Below are positions 60,075 through 64,000 of a DNA stretch of 64,000 nt, piece by piece (position 1 is the first letter of the stretch; the number at the start of each line of letters is the position of its first letter). This DNA comes from an uncultured Planctomycetaceae bacterium (GTDB lineage Bacteria; Planctomycetota; Planctomycetia; Planctomycetales; Planctomycetaceae). The stretch lies in NCBI GenBank assembly GCA_963815195.1, contig CAWFGE010000008.1, positions 32,001 to 96,000 on the forward strand, written 5' to 3'. Both the position numbers and the translations under genes were made by a program. Under the pieces are notes generated by a model. It saw only the letters and a program-made list of their open reading frames with translations. It ran no database searches and was not told where the DNA came from.

Positions 60075-61574
60075 TTACTTAACCGTACTGACGGCCAATT
60101 GCTGTTCTTCCAGAGTTTCCGACAGCTCCGCGGTCAGCATGCGGCTGCCGCTGATGACGACGGACTCGCCGGGCTCCAGCCCTTCCAGGATTTCCGTGTA
60201 GCCGTTGCGTTCCAGTCCCGGCTGGACCCGCCGAGCCCGGAAGCTCAAACCGTCGGCACTCGGAACGAAGACGATGTATTGCGATTTCTCCCACTGCCAT
60301 TGGACGGCGAGGCTGGGAGCGACGACGGCTTGGGGATTCTCCCGGCAGCGGATGCGGGCCGTGCCGAAGGCGTTCGCTTTGAGCAGGCGCTGCCCGGCCG
60401 CGTTGCCGGCGGCGGAGACGCGGGGCTTCGCCGGTCCGGGGTAGGCGGTCAGCGTCAAAGGCACCGCGCTCCGCGGCGGGGCGAGCAGCGGATTGGCGAC
60501 TTCCGCGCGGGCTTGGACGGTGCGGGTCTTGGGATCGATCTCGGTGCCGATCCAGGTCAGCGTGCTCGGAATCTCGCCCGGCATGCCGTTGACCGAGAAC
60601 ATCAGCTTCTGCCCGAGATGCAGCTTCCGCGCATCTTCCTGGCGAACGTCGAGTTTGAGCCACATCCGGCTCACGTCGCTGATAACGAACTGAGGCGTCT
60701 CGGACGTGACCATTTCGCCCACGACCACGTTGCTTTCGGTGACGATCGCATCGAAGGGAGCGGTCAGCGGGATCAGGTTCGCCGAGCAGGCACCGGCGTC
60801 GAGCGATTTCACAATCGGTTCCGGCAGGCCGAGGAAGTGCAGCTTCGAGGCGGCTTCTTCTTCGGTCAGGCCAGCGAATGAGTCGAGCTTGATCGGCAGC
60901 CCGAGATTGGCGAGCGTCTGCATGGCATTGAACCGCCGCACGCGGGCCAGTTCGCATTTGCCTTTGGCTTCGTGGATCGCGCGAATCGTGACGACATCCG
61001 GGACTTCGTTCAGCCGAGCCAAGGTCTGCTCGGCCAACCGATGCAGAACCAGCGCTTCCACAAAATCGGACTTCGCGCGGCCGACCTCGGCGGATTCGAC
61101 AATCGCCAACACATCGCCTTTGCGGATCGGATCGCCGATATGTTTTTCAACCCGCCAAACGCGGCCCGGCACGCGGACCGACAACTCCGCCAGCCGCGTG
61201 CGGTCGTAGCTCACGACGCCGTTGGCCACGACGAATTCATCCATCGCCATGTTTTCCGCGGCGGCGAGTTCGATGCCGGTCTTGGCAATCGCCTCGGCGG
61301 ACGCAAACCGCACGGGCGGCAGCTTGTCGTCGGCGGTCGGCTCGGCCGACTTTCGGCCCGCCAGCGGGACGGAAGGAGCAGGATTCGCGGGATTCGGCGG
61401 CAGCACTTCGCGAGCTTTCGCCTCGTCCGCGTCTACAAGTTCGGAAAACTGCGGAATCGTCCAGTGGAACACATAACCCCAATAACCGATTCCACCGAGA
61501 ACTCCAAAAACCAGCACATTGGGAACCCAGCCGAGCAAAAGACGGACAGACGGCGCAATCGTGTTGGTTCTCAT
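60075..61574 (-). CDS. CzcB/CusB-like RND periplasmic adaptor
   Basis: N-terminal TM, GDPIRKGDVLA, LTAPFDA, IDPKTRTVQAR, GLEPGE.VV..G. Confidence 0.92.
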   Translation of the reverse strand: MRTNTIAPSVRLLLGWVPNVLVFGVLGGIGYWGYVFHWTIPQFSELVDADEAKAREVLPPNPANPAPSVPLAGRKSAEPTADDKLPPVRFASAEAIAKTGIELAAAENMAMDEFVVANGVVSYDRTRLAELSVRVPGRVWRVEKHIGDPIRKGDVLAIVESAEVGRAKSDFVEALVLHRLAEQTLARLNEVPDVVTIRAIHEAKGKCELARVRRFNAMQTLANLGLPIKLDSFAGLTEEEAASKLHFLGLPEPIVKSLDAGACSANLIPLTAPFDAIVTESNVVVGEMVTSETPQFVISDVSRMWLKLDVRQEDARKLHLGQKLMFSVNGMPGEIPSTLTWIGTEIDPKTRTVQARAEVANPLLAPPRSAVPLTLTAYPGPAKPRVSAAGNAAGQRLLKANAFGTARIRCRENPQAVVAPSLAVQWQWEKSQYIVFVPSADGLSFRARRVQPGLERNGYTEILEGLEPGESVVISGSRMLTAELSETLEEQQLAVSTVK

Positions 61575-61875
61575 GTTGTCCTCACGGTCTTATCAAGGTG
61601 TCGATTCATCAGCCAGTAGTCATATGAGGGTGTACAACCCTAGCTTTTTTTGAGAGGGGAACCCGAGGAATCTTGAAAAAAGTAGAAAAAATATCGATTG
61701 TTGGGGATCGTCCCGGTTTCGCACCGGGAACAACCTCCGGGCGTTCTCGATTAACTCCCTTTTCGCTAAAGTAGTGATAACGGTTTTCGCGGTTTTCGCC
61801 CCGGGGTTTGTTCTCGATTTCCAAACTTCATCTGACCTTCGCATCATCATGGGGCTGACGCCCACGCTCGCCTTT

Positions 61876-62955
61876 ATGACGTTTTATCCACCCCCCGAAC
61901 CTCGGCCGCCTTTGCGATACGGCACGCTCGAACTGCCGACGCGGTTTTTGTTGTCGCCTTTGGCGGGTTATACGAATCTGCCGTTTCGGCGGATTGTGCG
62001 GGAACTCGGCGGCGTGGGCTTGGGGACGACCGACCTGGTCAACGCCCGCGGCCTCTTGGAAGGCAGCGAGAAAACCTGGCAGCTTGTGGAAACCTGCCCG
62101 GAGGATTCCCCGTTCTCCGTGCAAATTTTCGGCCGCGAAGCCTGGGCGATGCGGGAGGCGGCCCAGCTCTTGGAATCGCGGGGCGTGGATTCGATCGACA
62201 TCAACATGGGCTGCCCCGTCGACCGCATCACCAAAGGCGGTGCCGGCGCCAACATGATGTGCCGGACCGACGAAACCGTCTCGCTGGTCGAGAGCGTCGT
62301 CCAGGCCGTGAAGATTCCCGTCAGCGTTAAAATGCGGCTGGGCTGGGACGATTCGCAACTCACCGCCCCCAAGTTCGCCCGGCTGTTCGAGGAAGTCGGC
62401 GTCGTCGCCATCGCCATCCACGGCCGCACCCGCGCGCAGGGTTTCACCGGACTCGTGAACCTCGCGGGCATTCGCAAAGTCGTCGAAGCGGTCGAACGCA
62501 TCCCCGTCATCGGCAACGGCGACGTGCGGAATATTCCCGATGCAGCCCGCATGCTGAAAGAAACCGGCTGCCAAGGCGTCTCCGTCGGCCGCGGAGCGCT
62601 CGCCAATCCCTGGATCTTCCGCCAACTCGCCGAGTGGGAACGCACCGGGCATTACGAACCCCCAGGCAGCTTCGACGACAGGCTCGATTTGATGCAAAAG
62701 CAGTTCGGATACGTTCAAGAGCGTCTCGGCTTCGAGCGCGGAATTTCCATGTTCCGCAAAATGGGGCATTGGTATTTGAAAGCCATGCGCGTCCGCCCGC
62801 GATTGCGGCACCAATTCCAACTCGTCAAAACCCCCGATGAGTTCAAAGCGACCCTCGCCGCCATCGCCGCCGACGGCCCCGCCCGCGGCCCGCGCACCGG
62901 TGTCCTGGAAGACATGCACATCCCCGTCCCCTCCGGTCCGGTGGCCCATTGGTGA
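61876..62955 (+). CDS. dusB: tRNA-dihydrouridine synthase DusB
   Basis: LSPLAGYT, VQIFG, IDINMGCP, VKMRLGW, IHGRT, IGNGDV, GRGALANPW. Confidence 0.93.
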   Translation: MTFYPPPEPRPPLRYGTLELPTRFLLSPLAGYTNLPFRRIVRELGGVGLGTTDLVNARGLLEGSEKTWQLVETCPEDSPFSVQIFGREAWAMREAAQLLESRGVDSIDINMGCPVDRITKGGAGANMMCRTDETVSLVESVVQAVKIPVSVKMRLGWDDSQLTAPKFARLFEEVGVVAIAIHGRTRAQGFTGLVNLAGIRKVVEAVERIPVIGNGDVRNIPDAARMLKETGCQGVSVGRGALANPWIFRQLAEWERTGHYEPPGSFDDRLDLMQKQFGYVQERLGFERGISMFRKMGHWYLKAMRVRPRLRHQFQLVKTPDEFKATLAAIAADGPARGPRTGVLEDMHIPVPSGPVAHW

Positions 62956-63129
62956 AAGAACCTCACGCCAAGTCGCAGAAGCGCAAAGAAAGGAGCCGCG
63001 CACGAAGTAAGCGGAAACAGGACGAACATGCACCTCAACCGTGCGCCGCTCTTTAGCAGGTTATTTGTTATCCTGTGGTTCGAACCGATTGAAAGAGGCG
63101 AACAGATCTCTTGCCAGGAAAGACACACC

Positions 63130-64000
63130 ATGCAGGTATTCGGGCGGCGGTATGAGAATGGGGAACCCGTTTGCATCACCATCGAGGGCGAACGCATTCG
63201 GGCGGTGGACCCGGCGTTTCCCGCGGGCGATGCGAGCGAATGGCCTTGGGTTGCGCCGGGGCTGTTCGATCTGCAGATCAACGGGCATGCCGGCGTGTGG
63301 TTCAGCAAGGAAGACTTGACCGCCGATGAGGTGCTCGAAACGCTCCGGCCGCATTTTCGCTATGGCATCACGCGAATGTGCCCCACCCTCGTCACCAACT
63401 CCTTCGAAGCCCTCGCCGCGGGTTTCCAAGCGATCGATGAAGCCTGCCGGCGGGAAGCCTGGGCCGGGAAAATGGTCCCGGGCTGTCATCTCGAAGGCCC
63501 GTACATTTCCGCCGAGGACGGCCCGCGCGGAGCGCATCCCTTGCAACACGTGCGGGCCGCGGATTGGGAGGAGTTTTCCAAACTTCAAGAGATCTCCGGC
63601 AACCGCATCCGCCTCGTGACCTTGGCGGCCGAAGCCGAGAATGCGGTGGAGTTCATCCAGAAAGCGACTGCGGCCGGCGTCGTGATCTCCATCGGACACA
63701 CCGCCGCGACGCCCGAGCAAATCACCGCCGCCGTCGAAGCGGGAGCGAGACTCAGCACGCATCTGGGCAACGGAGCACACGGCATGATCCGCCGGCATCC
63801 GAATTACATCTGGGAACAGTTGGGCGACAAACGCCTGTGGGCCAGCCTGATCACCGACGGCTATCATCTCCCGCCCAGCGTGGTCCGCAGCATGATCCGA
63901 GCGAAAGGACTCAATCGAATTATCATCACCTGCGACGCGTCCGGCTTGGCGGGCTGTCCGCCGGGACGTTACAGCGAAGGCAATATCGACGTGGAGATTC
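63130..64000 (+). CDS. nagA: N-acetylglucosamine-6-phosphate deacetylase-like amidohydrolase (runs off window)
   Basis: Read manually: PGLFDLQING, CPTLVT, HLEGPYIS...RGAH, VTLAAE, IGHT, STHLGNG, ITDG.HL. Confidence 0.88.
   Translation, partial: MQVFGRRYENGEPVCITIEGERIRAVDPAFPAGDASEWPWVAPGLFDLQINGHAGVWFSKEDLTADEVLETLRPHFRYGITRMCPTLVTNSFEALAAGFQAIDEACRREAWAGKMVPGCHLEGPYISAEDGPRGAHPLQHVRAADWEEFSKLQEISGNRIRLVTLAAEAENAVEFIQKATAAGVVISIGHTAATPEQITAAVEAGARLSTHLGNGAHGMIRRHPNYIWEQLGDKRLWASLITDGYHLPPSVVRSMIRAKGLNRIIITCDASGLAGCPPGRYSEGNIDVEI

Overview
GC-rich bacterial DNA, almost certainly from a planctomycete (DUF1549/DUF1553 protein, TIGR03000 domain, LExRxxLS-type extracellular protein, sulfatase, DUF1580). 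About 1-25.9 kb is a mosaic genomic island. It contains nested insertions (a serine-recombinase element inside IS21 istB, inside a P-loop primase/helicase-like gene) and a head-to-head junction of a 5'-truncated large serine recombinase with a 5'-truncated DarB/SNF2-like helicase. Its cargo looks like a fluoride-resistance cluster (two-component system, TolC-RND-MFP pump, MFS, crcB/fluC, DUF190, enolase, second MFS), followed by an AbiE toxin-antitoxin module flanked by ~63-bp direct repeats. About 25.9-35.2 kb is a ~9.3-kb phage-derived element with PICI/satellite-like architecture: internally deleted tyrosine integrase, regulators, rep gene with 11-bp iterons, helicase loader, lambda cosQ-like site, stand-alone major capsid protein, tail chaperone-like gene and tape-measure stub, with no terminase or portal. 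The rest (35.4-64 kb) looks like core chromosome: sulfatase, DUF1549/1553, FtsQ-like, PilZ, FG-GAP protein, clpS-like/hemerythrin/pgsBCW cluster, NarX/PilJ-type PAS kinase plus ANTAR regulator behind a structured leader, uvrA, FHA protein, CzcBA-like pump, dusB, nagA. Many single-base frameshifts, including in core genes, suggest an error-prone assembly, so pseudogene calls are tentative. All family assignments come from motif recognition by eye; no database searches were run.
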